Made by a program: the position numbers and the translations under genes
Notes under the pieces: generated by a model
What the model saw: only the letters and a program-made list of their open reading frames with translations
Databases searched by the model: none
Told to the model about the DNA's origin: nothing
Assembly (NCBI GenBank): GCA_965153355.1
Contig: OZ231126.1
Span: 45,508,001 to 45,572,000, forward strand
DNA from: Flaccisagitta enflata
Lineage: Eukaryota
Direction: 5' to 3'
Length of the DNA: 64,000 bases
Part shown: in pieces, positions 39,155-52,825 of the stretch
How the letters are laid out: each line of letters begins with the position of its first letter
Position numbering within the stretch: the first letter of the stretch is position 1

Positions 39155-40819
39155 TGTGGAAGATATTACGGAAAATCATTCAGAACTGCCAGACTCGGGC
39201 TCAGAACTGTCAGGTAACGCATTCGTTCGACAATCCACACGTCGCACCTTATTGGCCTACTTGGCCTTGTTTCTCCTTGTTTGAGGTAGGCTCGGTATGA
39301 AAAAAAAACATGTGAAACACGTCTTAATTGCTAAATGCCATGAAATTCGAGATAGAATCGCATGTCATCCCTGATGTCCTTATCCTGAGATAATTCTAAT
39401 GTCAAACTCACCCACGTAGAACCAAAGACGCAAACGCCTAGGCAAGAGTGCAAAGGAGGCCGTTCGCGATCGAAAGTTTTTAGTCGCGTGCTACGCGACT
39501 CTATAAGTCACTTTTCGGTCCGTCCGTCGGTCCGTCAGTCCGTCCGTCCGTCGGTCGGTCTGTCACAAAGTCATTTTAAAGGTTTTCTATGGCATTTTAA
39601 ACGTCTCTAAGTAGTGGAGAAGAAGCTTGGAGTAGTAAAAAGCTGTTTTAAATGTCTTTTTCAAAAAGAATTGTTTGTCTGTCTGTCGGCCTGACTTTTT
39701 TTGTAAATGCCGACGCACGCGACTTAGGTCTAATGACCTTGTTTTTTAATATTCGAGTACCTTGCCGCCGATGGTGACGTTGTTTGAATGCGATCGACGA
39801 TGTGATGCAGTAGCATGGATTTTGTTGAGGGCACCCCACGGTAGCCACCCCACGGTAGCCACTACAGATTGTATGGCTCCTTTTGTTAGGGGGGGGGGGC
39901 TCAGAAGGTTGGATGGGAAGGTAAAATTCTTGAGTAGGGGTTATCAATTACATGATCAAGCAGTTACGGCAAAAGTTAAATCAAATTAGTGAGCTGACAA
40001 TCAATAATTAGGCGACGGTACATGAGAAGTGATGCGATCTGGCAAATGGAAGATCAAACAAGCCCAACCGGGTAACAATGTGTCTGGACTGTCTCTGCAT
40101 GTACATTATATGGAGGGACAGATATATGAGACGACAGAGTAATAAAGCTTGAAGGAGGCTCACATAATGTGAAGAGGCGCAATTACGGTTATAGAGAAAG
40201 AAAACATGTGTAAGATCAGTAAACCAGGCCAAGTAGTCCAAGCACGAGCGCTGTGTGGATCATCGAACAAATGCGTTATCCGACCGACAGACCGACCAAC
40301 CAACCAACGGACAAAGACTCCGACATGCATTGGCGCCCGTAAAGAGCGTTTGTAGTTGTGAAGTGAGGCCGGCGAAAATGTAGAGTTCAAATAACAGCAA
40401 GAAAAATAAAAAGGCCAAAGAGCAAGGCCAGTTACACGGCAAGACAGTTGCGGATGGGTGGGCAGGGGCAATATATGAACCGCTCACAATTCAGAATTAT
40501 GAGGGACAAACCAACCTATCGACAAACACAGCAAGGAGTAGTTGCGTGACCGCGACTAAAAACTAGAATGGCGAGCTTACAATTATGGTCGTAAGACGAG
40601 GATAGATGAGAAATGATCCAAGGCACTTAAACCTAGAATCCGCTCTTGTCCTTAAAACTTTTTTTTAAAGGCGGGCCATACGTCGGGAAAATGTTACGTT
40701 TCAAATTTAAGATTATATAGAGATTATTTCCTCCGCTCGTTTGTTTTGAGCTCGTTGAGCTCGTTTCACTGTGAGCTCAAATGACTTAAAACGCACAAGT
40801 GTAATAACATTAGATTCTA

Positions 40820-41960
40820 GGGATATATATCATACTCCACGTTTTCGTAGATAGTCTTCGATTTCCTTATGCTCGACGTCAGGCCGCACATTGCCGATGT
40901 ATCGATAAGCGAGACGTTCGACGCCGCCCAAAGAGACTTCGCCCGCTGACTCGTTTGCCGGTAAACGTTGGTCGGTGATTCGCATTGTTGTCTCGTCGCT
41001 GTGTTGTTAGATTGTTCGTAGGCGGCCGTGACGCTGCAGCTCCCACACCCCCAGCAGGCTGTCCCCAGCGTCTCGCCATCGCAAGTGATAACAACGTCAG
41101 CACTTGTACAAGTGATAACAACGTCAGCACTTGAACAAGTGATAACAACATCAGCACTTGTACAAGCTCGCGTCAATTGCGATTTGACGTCTAGCTGCAT
41201 CGCCGTCGCTCGATGATGCGGTCAATTTGTTAGCACCCGTTTCGGTCGCCGTAGATTCGCCGCCAGGATTCGCTGCCGCGGCGCCGTTTGGTGAATGGTC
41301 GACGCGGTTTCTGACATTCGAGTCGCCACCTCGCCCGACGAGGTGGTATCCTTAGAAACAGCATCTTGGTTCGCCGTCGCAAAAGAACCGACGAGTAGAC
41401 TCAGCGTATCTTTGGTCACGCACATATTTTTAGTCGCGGACAAGCGACTCTATAAGAGGCTTTGTCCGTCCGTCCGTTGGTTGGTTGGTTGGTTGGTCGG
41501 TCCGTGGTGATCGAGTTGGAAAGTGTGAAAACGCGCATTTCCGCCCCTGCCCACCCGTCCGCGACTGGTATTGGCCGTGTATCCGGCCTTGTTCAATTGA
41601 GCAACATCGCGACTTATGGAATTGATTGCCGACATAATTTGACTCATTGACACGTTTCCATCTTCATTAAGCGGAATTCGAATTAAGTCACTAACAACAA
41701 AAGTGGGAATTGCTTCACTGTCGTTATCGAGAGAAGTAATAAGATCGTACATGTCTGGGAGCGTCTTTTGATAATTTTCATCACTTAGCAATTGGCAATT
41801 CACCATAATTTTTCAGCTTGTTTCAGATAAAACTCTTTTGGCGTTTTAAATTTCGTCAGCATCATAAAATTGGGCGCAGATTTCAACGATTTTATCGCGT
41901 GGCGTGGTCTGACTTATTCACGAGGAAAAACAACAGTGAGTTCAGGATTAACTTTCCCAT
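40820..41960 (-). pseudogene. Decayed ORF1 of a CR1/L2-type LINE
   Basis: From ATG at 41960: MGKLILNSLLFFLVNK / DKIVEICAQFYDADEI*NAKRVL...DMYDLITSLD...IPTFVVSDLIRIP...VSMSQIMSAINSISRDVAQLKNMCVTK; resembles invertebrate CR1/L2 ORF1 as I recall it; has stops, a frameshift and insertions. Confidence 0.65.
41430..41591 (+). mobile_element. HINE family 1 copy inserted in LINE ORF1
   Basis: Complete 5' and 3' ends at a T-run; removing it rejoins the ORF1 frame. Confidence 0.8.
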
Positions 41961-42720
41961 TCCCACCGTGGGTAGAGGAAAATCCTCCTCCCATAGAAAT
42001 CCACGTAAACAAGGAGCAGGGTAAGGATTCGTAGGATGTAATTAAATTGTGATTAAAACAAAGTCGCGTGCGAGACTAACAAAATGACTTAGAATGACTT
42101 AATATACTCTTAAATGACATAAGGAAATAAAATTGATAAAAAAAGTGTGACGGACCGACAGACAGACACAGACCGACCGACCGACGGACGGACAAAGCGG
42201 GGTGTAGAGTCGCGTGCACACGACTAAAAATATCCGAGAGAATGGTACGGCTTTTTCTTTTATGGTGGCCGCAAGTTGTCTGTCAAATTGTCTTGTCTCA
42301 ATCACATAAATTCAGAGAAAAAACTTGCGAAATGTGCGAGAGTAAAAATCGCCGCGCGGTTTCCACTTTTATACTGATTTAAAACGTTGATTAAGTACTT
42401 TGGATTGGTGAGAGATAGCCGCATGAAATTTTAAACTTGAAATATTTATACATAAGACTTCTCACTGACAATTTTTCAGTGCTGTCATGACCAGAAAACA
42501 TATTAACATAAACAAATTTTTTGATGAATTTTCGAATTTTTGACATTGAAAAAAAAGTTTTATGCAACTACCGCCAAAGTAACTACGTGATCGCTGTGCA
42601 ACTTACTCAGGATTTGTCAAGGGGTTGAATGGTTGTGCATGCAAAATTTCAGAGAATTTCGTAGAATATTATTTTAGCTACACTAATTTGAAATTTTTGA
42701 GCGGGTGGTTGCACCATCTG
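41782..42720 (+). repeat. Segmental duplicate, copy 1 (LINE 5' end + HINE + TIR-element arm)
   Basis: Direct, colinear similarity to 57617-57845 plus 58265-59112. Confidence 0.85.
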
Positions 42721-44152
42721 AAGTTTCCTGAAACTTCTCACATCAGCAGACAAGATCATATGATGTTACCATACAAAAAATCAAGTCAATCAGTCGATCT
42801 GTTCATGAGATATGAGCGTTCTAAGTTTGGGTAAATAAGGTCACGACGATTTCCGAGAAACAAGTCACGAACATGTTTTGTTCTCTGACGCAGCATATTT
42901 TGCGCTTGAATGCTCATGAAACCAGGAACTATTCTCATCATTTGATCACTACATTTAAAATATTAATATTCAAAAAACCAGGCCAAATACAAGGCTACCC
43001 CAGTCGCGTGCGTGTGGGCAGGGGCCATATTTGAGGTCACTTGATCATTGGGGCAGGAGCAGTGAGGCCAAAGACCACAAAAAAAAGTTAAGTGTAATGG
43101 ACGGACCAACGGAAGGACCGACAAAGCGGGGTAGAGTCGCGTAGCATGCGACTACACTTTTTTTTTATAAGAGTCATTTTTTTTTTAAGGCTTCATGTTC
43201 TTATTTTTAAGGCCAAATGAAGCCTTCAATTTTAAATTCCTCTAGCCTAGCAAAGACGAACGAAGGTTTATATCCAGGGACCAGACAGAGAGACAGAGAC
43301 ACAGGCACACGCGATTGTGCGCGCATATGAAGGTTTGGCAAACCATGACGTTACGACGTGACTTACAACCATGAATAGCATGTCAAGATAACAAAGCTAG
43401 AGTTCAACCCAAATTGCAGACATTTTAGGCAAGAGCGACTCTAAATAAAAGTTATATTATGGATCATCGGAGGGACAGAGTAGAGCAACCTGAAGTCGCT
43501 TGTCCACGACTGAAAATCACCAATTTGTCAGTTGCCTCTCAAAAATGAATAGCCCCGATACTGGTGTCATCCTTACACCCCCCACCACAATAGGATAAAA
43601 ACAAAGATTAAAGGACAGACTATCGTCAATTTATTTGAGAGAACACTTGAGAGGGTGTTCCAATCAAGAGCGTTTTTAGTCGCGGACACGCGACTCTACA
43701 CCTTGCCGTGTCGGTCCGTCCGTCCGTCCCGTAACATTTTTGAATTCCGAGCGGTTTTTGCACTACTGCTCCTGCCCAACCGCCCGCGACTGTATTGCCG
43801 TGTATCCGGCCTTGTTAAAATTCAAGTACCTTGCCGCCGATTGTGACGTTGTTGGGATTCAGAATTGTAACGGACAAACCAACCTATGGACTAACATGGC
43901 AAGGTGGTTGCGTGACCGCGACTAGAAACTAAAATGGCGAATAACAATTATGGTCGTAAGATAAGAATAGATTAGGATTGATCCAAGCCGGCAGAAAGAA
44001 ATGGGACGCTTGCAACAGACATGTTAGTCCACAGCAGCTGCCAATCGGACATGCACAACTCGGAATAAAGCCGAGAGAGAGAAATATGTTAGTTACTCCA
44101 CAGCAGCTGCCAATCGGACAAGCATAACTCGGAACAAAGCCCCGAGAGAGAG

Positions 44153-46457
44153 AGACAATCGTCAACTTATTTAAGAGGACAGACAGTCGTCAACTTATTT
44201 GAGAGGACAGACAGTCGTCAACTTATTTGAGAGGACAGACAATCGTCAACTTATTTGAGAGGACAGACAATCGTCAACTTATTTGAGAGGACAGACAATC
44301 GTCAACTTATTTGAGAGGACAGACAATCGTCAACTTATTTGAGAGGACAGACAATCGTCAACTTATTTGAGAGGACAGACAATCGTCAACTTATTTGAGA
44401 GGACAGACAATCGTCAACTTATTTGAGAGGACAGACAATCGTCAACTTATTTGAGAGGACAGACAATCGTCAACTTATTTGAGAGGACAGACAATCGTCA
44501 ACTTATTTGAGAGGACAGACAATCGTCAACTTATTTGAGAGGACAGACAATCGTCAACTTATTTGAGAGGACAGACAATCGTCAACTTATTTGAGAGGAC
44601 AGACAATCGTCAACTTATTTGAGAGGACAGACAATCGTCAACTTATTTGAGAGGACAGACAATCGTCAACTTATTTGAGAGGACAGACAATCGTCAACTT
44701 ATTTGAGAGGACAGACAATCGTCAACTTATTTGAGAGGACAGACAATCGTCAACTTATTTGAGAGGACAGACAATCGTCAACTTATTTGAGAGGACAGAC
44801 AATCGTCAACTTATTTGAGAGGACAGACAATCGTCAACTTATTTGAGAGGACAGACAATCGTCAACTTATTTGAGAGGACAGACAATCGTCAACTTATTT
44901 GAGAGGACAGACAATCGTCAACTTATTTGAGAGGACAGACAATCATCAACTTATTTGAGAGGACAGACAATCGTCAACTTATTTGAGAGGACAGACAATC
45001 GTCAACTTATTTGAGAGAACAGACAATCGTCAACTTATTTGAGAGGACAGACAATCGTCAACTTATTTGAGAGGACAGACAATCGTCAACTTATTTGAGA
45101 GGACAGACAATCGTCAACTTATTTGAGAGGACAGACAATCGTCAACTTATTTGAGAGGACAGACAATCGTCAACTTATTTGAGAGGACAGACAATCGTCA
45201 ACTTATTTGAGAGGACAGACAATCGTCAACTTATTTGAGAGGACAGACAATCGTCAACTTATTTGAGAGGACAGACAATCGTCAACTTATTTGAGAGGAC
45301 AGACAATCACAACTTATTTGAGAGGACAGACAATCGTCAACTTATTTGAGAGGACAGGCAATCGTCAACTTATTTGAGAGGACAGGCAATCGTCAACTTA
45401 TTTGAGAGGACAGACAATCGTCAACTTATTTGAGAGGACAGACAATCGTCAACTTATTTGAGAGGACAGACAATCGTCAACTTATTTGAGAGGACAGACA
45501 ATCGTCAACTTATTTGAGAGGACAGACAATCGTCAACTTATTTGAGAGGACAGACAATCGTCAACTTATTTGAGAGGACAGACAATCATCAACTTATTTG
45601 AGAGGACAGACAATCGTCAACTTATTTGAGAGGACAGACAATCATCAACTTATTTGAGAGGACAGACAATCGTCAACTTATTTGAGAGGACAGACAATCG
45701 TCAACTTATTTGAGAGGACAGACAATCGTCAACTTATTTGAGAGGACAGACAATCGTCAACTTATTTGAGAGGACAGACAATCGTCAACTTATTTGAGAG
45801 GACAGACAATCGTCAACTTATTTGAGAGGACAGACAATCGTCAACTTATTTGAGAGGACAGACAATCGTCAACTTATTTGAGAGGACAGACAATCGTCAA
45901 CTTATTTGAGAGGACAGACAATCGTCAACTTATTTGAGAGGACAGACAATCGTCAACTTATTTGAGAGGACAGACAATCGTCAACTTATTTGAGAGGACA
46001 GACAATCGTCAACTTATTTGAGAGGACAGGCAATCGTCAACTTATTTGAGAGGACAGACAATCGTCAACTTATTTGAGAGGACAGACAATCACAACTTAT
46101 TTGAGAGGACAGACAATCGTCAACTTATTTGAGAGGACAGACAATCGTCAACTTATTTGAGAGGACAGACAATCGTCAACTTATTTGAGAGGACAGACAA
46201 TCGTCAACTTATTTGAGAGGACAGACAATCGTCAACTTATTTGAGAGGACAGACAATCGTCAACTTATTTGAGAGGAAAGACAATCGTCAACTTATTTGA
46301 GAGGACAGACAATCGTCAACTTATTTGAGAGGACAGACAATCGTCAACTTATTTGAGAGGACAGACAATCGTCAACTTATTTGAGAGGACAGACAATCGT
46401 CAACTTATTTGAGAGGACAGACAATCGTCAACTTATTTGAGAGGACAGACAATCGTC
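44153..46457 (+). repeat. 28-bp satellite array A2 (GAGGACAGACAATCGTCAACTTATTTGA)
   Basis: About 82 highly homogeneous copies. Confidence 0.98.
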
Positions 46458-46467
46458 TGATCATTAA

Positions 46468-46662
46468 ATCAGCACTTGTGGATTGATCACTAGGTCAGCA
46501 CTTGTGGATTGATCACTAGGTCAGCACTTGTGGATTGATCACTAGGTCAGCACTTGTGGATTGATCACTAGGTCAGCACTTGTGGATTGATCACTAGGTC
46601 AGCACTTGTGGATTGATCACTAGGTCAGCACTTGTGGATTGATCACTAGGTCAGCACTTGTA
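46468..46662 (+). repeat. 26-bp minisatellite (GTCAGCACTTGTGGATTGATCACTAG)
   Basis: About 7 near-identical copies. Confidence 0.93.
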
Positions 46663-46671
46663 TTCATATGA

Positions 46672-47278
46672 ACTTGCTTTCCACAATGCAAGTGGCCCCC
46701 ATGCTGGCCCCATCCGAATATCCCCAACCATCCTGGATACATGTCTGTCACATGATTGCTAATGAGTATTCAAATGAAATGATTTCATTCCAGTTACTTT
46801 CCACAATGCAAGTGGCCCCCATGCTGGCCCCATCCTTATATCCCCAACCATACTAGATACATCTGACATTGGAGAATTCTGGCCTCCTTTTGTTAGGGCA
46901 ATGTTGTTTCAACTTTCATAAGTGCGATTGACACTTCAGATTTCATTTCAGATGAAATAATTTCATTTCAGTTGCTTTCCAATTTTGAGTGGCCCCCATG
47001 CTGGCCCCATCCTTATATCCCCAACCATCCTAAATACATCTAACATAAGTGCGATTGACACTTCAGATGAAATGATTTCATTTCAGATGAAATGATTTCA
47101 TTTCAGATGAAATGATTTCATTTCAGATGAAATGATTTCATTTCAGATGAAATGATTTCATTTCAGATGAAATGATTTCATTTCAGATGAAATGATTTCA
47201 TTTCAGTTGCTTTCCAATTTTGAGTGGCCCCCATGCTGGCCCCATCCTTATATCCCCAACCATCCTAGATACCTACAT
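46672..47278 (+). repeat. Block B: GTGGCCCCCATGCTGGCCCCATCC modules with 20-bp TTTCAGATGAAATGATTTCA repeats
   Basis: Four modules; reverse-complement copies at 52088-52825 and 54018-54427. Confidence 0.9.
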
Positions 47279-47292
47279 TCATTACATTCATT

Positions 47293-47890
47293 TAAAATGG
47301 AATGAAAACTGAAATGGAATGAAAACTGAAATGGAATGAAAACTGAAATGGAATGAAAACTGAAATGGAATGAAAACTGAAATGGAATGAAAACTGAAAT
47401 GGAATGAAAACTGAAATGGAATGAAAACTGAAATGGAATGAAAACTGAAATGGAATGAAAACTGAAATGGAACGAAAACTGAAATGGAACAAAAACTGAA
47501 ATGGTACCAAAACTGAAATGGAACGAAAGCTGAAATGAAATGAAAGCTGAAATGGAACGAAAGCTGAAATGGAATGAAAGCTGAAATGGAATGAAAGCTG
47601 AAATGGAATGAAAGCTGAAATGGAATGAAAGCTGAAATGGAATGAAAGCTGAAATGGAATGAAAGCTGAAATGGAATGAAAGCTGAAATGGAATGAAAGC
47701 TGAAATGGAATGAAAGCTGAAATGGAATGAAAGCTGAAATGGAATGAAAGCTGAAATGGAATGAAAGCTGAAATGGAATGAAAGCTGAAATGGAATGAAA
47801 ACTGAAATGGAATGCAAACTGAAATGGAATGAAAACTGAAATGGAAAGAAAACTGAAATGGAATGAAAACTTAAATGGAATGAAAACTGA
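47293..47890 (+). repeat. 17-bp GGAAT-containing satellite (TGGAATGAAA[A/G]CTGAAA)
   Basis: About 35 copies. Confidence 0.95.
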
Positions 47891-50800
47891 AATGATTTCA
47901 TTCCAGTTGGAAGTCTCTATAGTAACAACTGAAATAAAATCATTTCAGATTTCATTCCAACTGAAATGATTTCATTTCAGTTCTTACTATAGAGACTTCC
48001 AACTGGGATGAAAACTGAAATGATTTCATTCCAGTTGGAAGCCTATAGTAAGAACTGAAATGAAATCATTTCAGATTTTATTCAAATGAAATCATTTCAG
48101 ATCTCATCTCAGTTCCCATTATAGAGACTTCCAACCGGAATGAAAACTGAAATGATTTCATTCCAGTTTGAAGTCTATATAGTAAGAACTGAAATGAAAC
48201 CTGAAATAATTTCATTTCAGATTTCATTCCAACTGAAATGATTTCATTTCAGATTTCATTCCAACTGAAATGATTTCATTTCAGTTCTTACTATAGAGAC
48301 TTCCAACTGGAATGAAAACTGAAATGATTTCATTCCAGTTGGAAGTCTATATAGTAAGAACTGAAATGAAATCATTTCAGATTTCATTCCAACTGAAATT
48401 ATTTCATTTCAGTTCTTATTATAGAGACTTTCAACTGAAATGAAATCATTTCAGATGGATTCTTATCTGAACTGAAGTCATATCAGTAGTAATGAAATCT
48501 GAAATGAAATCATTTCAGATTTCATTCCAACTGAAATGATTTCATTTCAGTTCTTATTATAGAGACTTCCAACTGGAATGAAAACTGAAATGATTTCAGT
48601 TCTTGCTATAGAGACTTCCAACTGGAATGAACACTGAAATGATTTCATTCCAGTTGGAAGTCTATATAGTAAGAACTGAAATGATTTCATTTCAGATTTC
48701 ATTCCAACTGAAATGATTTCATTTCAGTTCTTACTATAGAGACTTCCAACTGGAATGAAAACTGAAATGATTTCATTCCAGTTGGAAGTCTATATAGTAA
48801 GAACTGAAATGAAATCATTTCAGATTTCATTCCAACTGAAATGATTTCATTTCAGTTCTTACTAAAGAGACTTCAAACTGGAATGAAAACTGAAATGATT
48901 TCATTCCAGTTGGAAGTCTATATAGTAAGAACTGAAATGAAATCATTTCAGATTTCATTCCAACTGAAATGATTTTATTTCAGTTCTTATTAGAGAGACT
49001 TTCAACTGGAATGAAAACTGAAATGCTTTCATTCCAGTTGGAAGTCTATATAGTAAGAACTGAAATAAAATCATTTCAGTTGGAATGCAGGCTGACATGG
49101 AATGAAAACTGAAATGATTTCATTCCAGTTGGAAGTCTATATAGTAAGAACTGAAATGAAATCATTTCAGATTTCATTCCAACTGAAATGATTTCATTTC
49201 AGTTCTTATTATAGAGACTTCCAACTGGAATGAAAACTGAAATGATTTCAGTTCTTGCTATAGAGACTTCCAACTGGAATGAAAACTGAAATGATTTCAT
49301 TCCAGTTGAAAGTTTATATAGTAAAAACTGAAATGAAATCATTTCAGATTTCATTCCAACTGAAATGATTTCATTTCAGATTTCATTCCAACTGAAATGA
49401 TTTCATTTCAGTTCTTACTATAGAGACATCCAACTGGAATGAAAACTGAAATGATTTCATTCCAGTTGGAAGTCTATATAGTAAGAACTGAAATGAAATC
49501 ATTACAGATTTCATTCCAACTGAAATGATTTCATTTCAGATTTCATTCCAAATGAAATGATTTCATTTCAGATTTCATTCCAAATGAAATGATTTCATTT
49601 CAGTTCTTACTATAGAGACTTCCAACTGGAATGAAAACTGAAATGATTTATCTCCAGTTGAAGTCTATAGTAAGAATTGAAATGATTTCATTTCAGATTT
49701 CATTCCCTAATCTGAAATGATTTCTATTTTCAGTTCTTACTATAGAGACTTCCCCTAACTGGAATGAAAAACTGAAGCTCTCATTCCAGTCGGAAGTCTA
49801 CATGTTTCAGAATTGAATGAAATTGTTTCAGATTTATTCTAACGGAAATGATTCTCAGTTTAAATGGCTATAGACACTTTCCAACTGGAATGAAAACACG
49901 AAATGATTTCTATCTCCAGTTGAAGTCCATATAGTGCTAAACTGGAAATGAAAACTGACATTTCAGGCTCTCATTCCAACTGAAATGATTCTACTTCAGT
50001 TCTTACTATAGAGACCTCCAACTGAAATGAAAACTGAAATGATTTCATTCCAGGTTGAAGTCTATATAGTAAGAACTGAAATGATTTCATTCAACTCAGA
50101 TTTCATTCCAACTGAAATGATTTCATTCTCAGATTATCCAACTGAAAATGACTTAATTCTACTATAGAGACTTCCAACTGGAATGAAAATGAATGATTCA
50201 TCATTTTAGTGTCTATATAGTAAGAACTGAAATGAAATCATCCAATCTGCCTCATTCCAACTGAAATGATTTCATTTCAGTTCTTACTTTAGAGACTTCC
50301 AACTGGAATGAAAACTGAAATGATTTCATTCCAGTTGGAAGTCTATATAGTAAGAACTGAAATGAAATCATTTCAGATTTCATTCCAACTGAAATGATTT
50401 CATTTCAGATTTCATTCCAACTGAAATGATTTCATTTCAGTTCTTACTATAGAGACTTCCAACTGGAATGAAAACTGAAATGATTTCATTCCAGTTGGAA
50501 GTCTATATAGTAAGAACTGAAATGAAATCATTTCAGATTTCATTCCAACTGAAATGATTTCATTTCAGTTCTTATTATAGAGACTTCCAACTGGAATGAA
50601 AACTGAAATGATTTCAGTTCTTGCTATAGAGACTTCCAACTGGAATGAAAACTGAATGATTTGGCCCCAGTTGAAGTTCATATAGCAAGAACTGATATGA
50701 TTTTCATTCTCAGATTTCATTCCAACTGAAATGATTTCATTTCAGTTCTTACTATAGAGACTTCCAACTGGAATGAAAACTGAAATGATTTCATTCCAGT

Positions 50801-51245
50801 TGGAAGCCTATATAGTTAGAACTGAAATGAAATCATTTCAGATTTCATTCCAACTGAAATGATTTCATTTCAGTTCTTACTAGAGAGACTTCCAACTGGA
50901 ATGAAAACTGAGCCGATTTCATTCTGAATGAAGACAATAGAGAAGAACTGAAATGAAATCTGGTTTCAGATTTTATTCCAACTGAAAGCAGTTTCATTTC
51001 AGATTTCATTCCCACTGAAATGATTCATTTCAGTTTCATTATAGAGATATCCAACTGAATGAAAAACGGAAAATGATTTATCTAGCAAGTCTATATAGGG
51101 TAAGAACTGAAATGAAATCATTTGCATTTCATTCCAACTGAAATGATTATTCAGTTCTTACTATAGAGACTTCCAACTGAATGAAACTGAAATGATTTCA
51201 TTCCAGTTGGAAGTCTATATAGTAAGAACTGAAATGATTTCATAT
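47890..51245. repeat. 128-bp hairpin satellite
   Basis: Example unit: arm 48708-48760, loop 48761-48770, arm 48771-48823, one mismatch; next unit starts at 48836. Confidence 0.92.
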
Positions 51246-51292
51246 TTCAGGTTATTTCATTCACACATGCAACTGAACGAAGCACAACTCCA

Positions 51293-52078
51293 ATTCAGGT
51301 TTCATTCCATTTCAGGTTTCATTAAATTGCAGGTTTCATTCCATTTCAGGTTTCATTCCATTTCAGGTTTCATTCAAATTCAGTTTTCATTCCATTTCAG
51401 TTTTCATTCCATTTCAGTTTTCATTACATTTCAGTTTTCATTCCATTTCAGTTTTCATTCCATTTCAGTTTTCATTCCATTTCAGTTTTCATTCCATTTC
51501 AGCTTTCATTCCATTTCAGCTTTCATTCCATTTCAGCTTTCATTCCATTTCAGCTTTCATTCCATTTCAGCTTTCATTCCATTTCAGGTTTCATTCCATT
51601 TCAGGTTTCATTTTATCTCCTCAGTTTTCATTTCATCTCAGCTTTCATTCCATTTCAGCTTTCATTCCATTTCGGCTTTGTTATTTCAGCTTTATTCCAT
51701 TTCAGCTTTCTAATCGACGGACAGACGTACATTTCTAACATTCCATTTCAGCTTTCATTCCATTTCAGCTTTCATTCCATTTCAGCTTTCATTCCATTTC
51801 AGTTTTCATTCCATTTCAGTTTTCATTCCATTTCAGTCTTTATTCCATTTCAGTTTTGATTCCAACAACTGGTTTCATTTCAGTTCTTACTATAGAGACT
51901 TTAAACTGGAATGAAATCATTTCAGTTTTCATTCCAAATGAAATGATTTTATTTCAGTTCTTACTATAGAGACTTCCAACTTGAATGAGATCATTTCAGT
52001 CTTCATTCCATTTCAGTTTTCATTCCATTTCAGTCTTCATTCCATTTCAGTTCTCATTCCATTTCAGTTTTCATGCCA
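51293..52078 (-). repeat. 17-bp satellite, opposite orientation
   Basis: (TTCATTCCATTTCAG[C/T]T)n; another tract at 53220-54000. Confidence 0.93.
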
Positions 52079-52087
52079 TGAAATGAA

Positions 52088-52825
52088 GTAGGTATCTAGG
52101 ATGGTTGGGGATATAAGGATGGGGCCAGCATGGGGGCCACTTAAAATTTGAAAGCAACTGAAATGAAATCATTTCATCTGAAATGAAATTATTTCATCTG
52201 AAATGAAATCATTCCATCTGAAATGAAATCATTTCATCTGAAATGAAATCATTTCATCTGAAATGAAATTATTTCATCTGAATGAAATATTTCATCTGAG
52301 AATTTCAATTGCAATTATTATTAAGATGTATCTAGGATGGTTGGGGATATAAGGATGGGGCCAGCATGGGGGCCACTCAAAATTGGGAGGCAACTGAAAT
52401 CAAATCATTTCATCTGAAGTTTCAATTGCACCTATGTGAGATGTATCTAGGATGGTTGGGGATATAAGGATCAATTCACCTGAAATGTATAAGGATGGGG
52501 CCAGCATGGGGGCCACTCAAAAATGAGAGGCAACTGAAATGAAATCATTTCATCTGAAGTTTCAAATGCACTTAAGTGAGATGTATCTAGGATGGTTGGG
52601 GATATAAGGATGGGGCCAGCATGGGGGCCACTCAAAATTGGGAGGCAACTGAAATAAAATCATTTCATCTGAAGTTTCAATTGCACTTATGTGAGATGTA
52701 TCTAGGATGGTTGGGGATATAAGGATGGGGCCAGCATGGGGGCCACTTGCATTGTGGAAAGCAACTGGAATGAAATCATTTCATATGAATACTCATTGGC
52801 AATCATGAGAAAGATGTATCCAGGA
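52088..52825 (-). repeat. Block B, inverted copy
   Basis: GGATGGGGCCAGCATGGGGGCCAC modules mirror 46730-47278. Confidence 0.9.
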
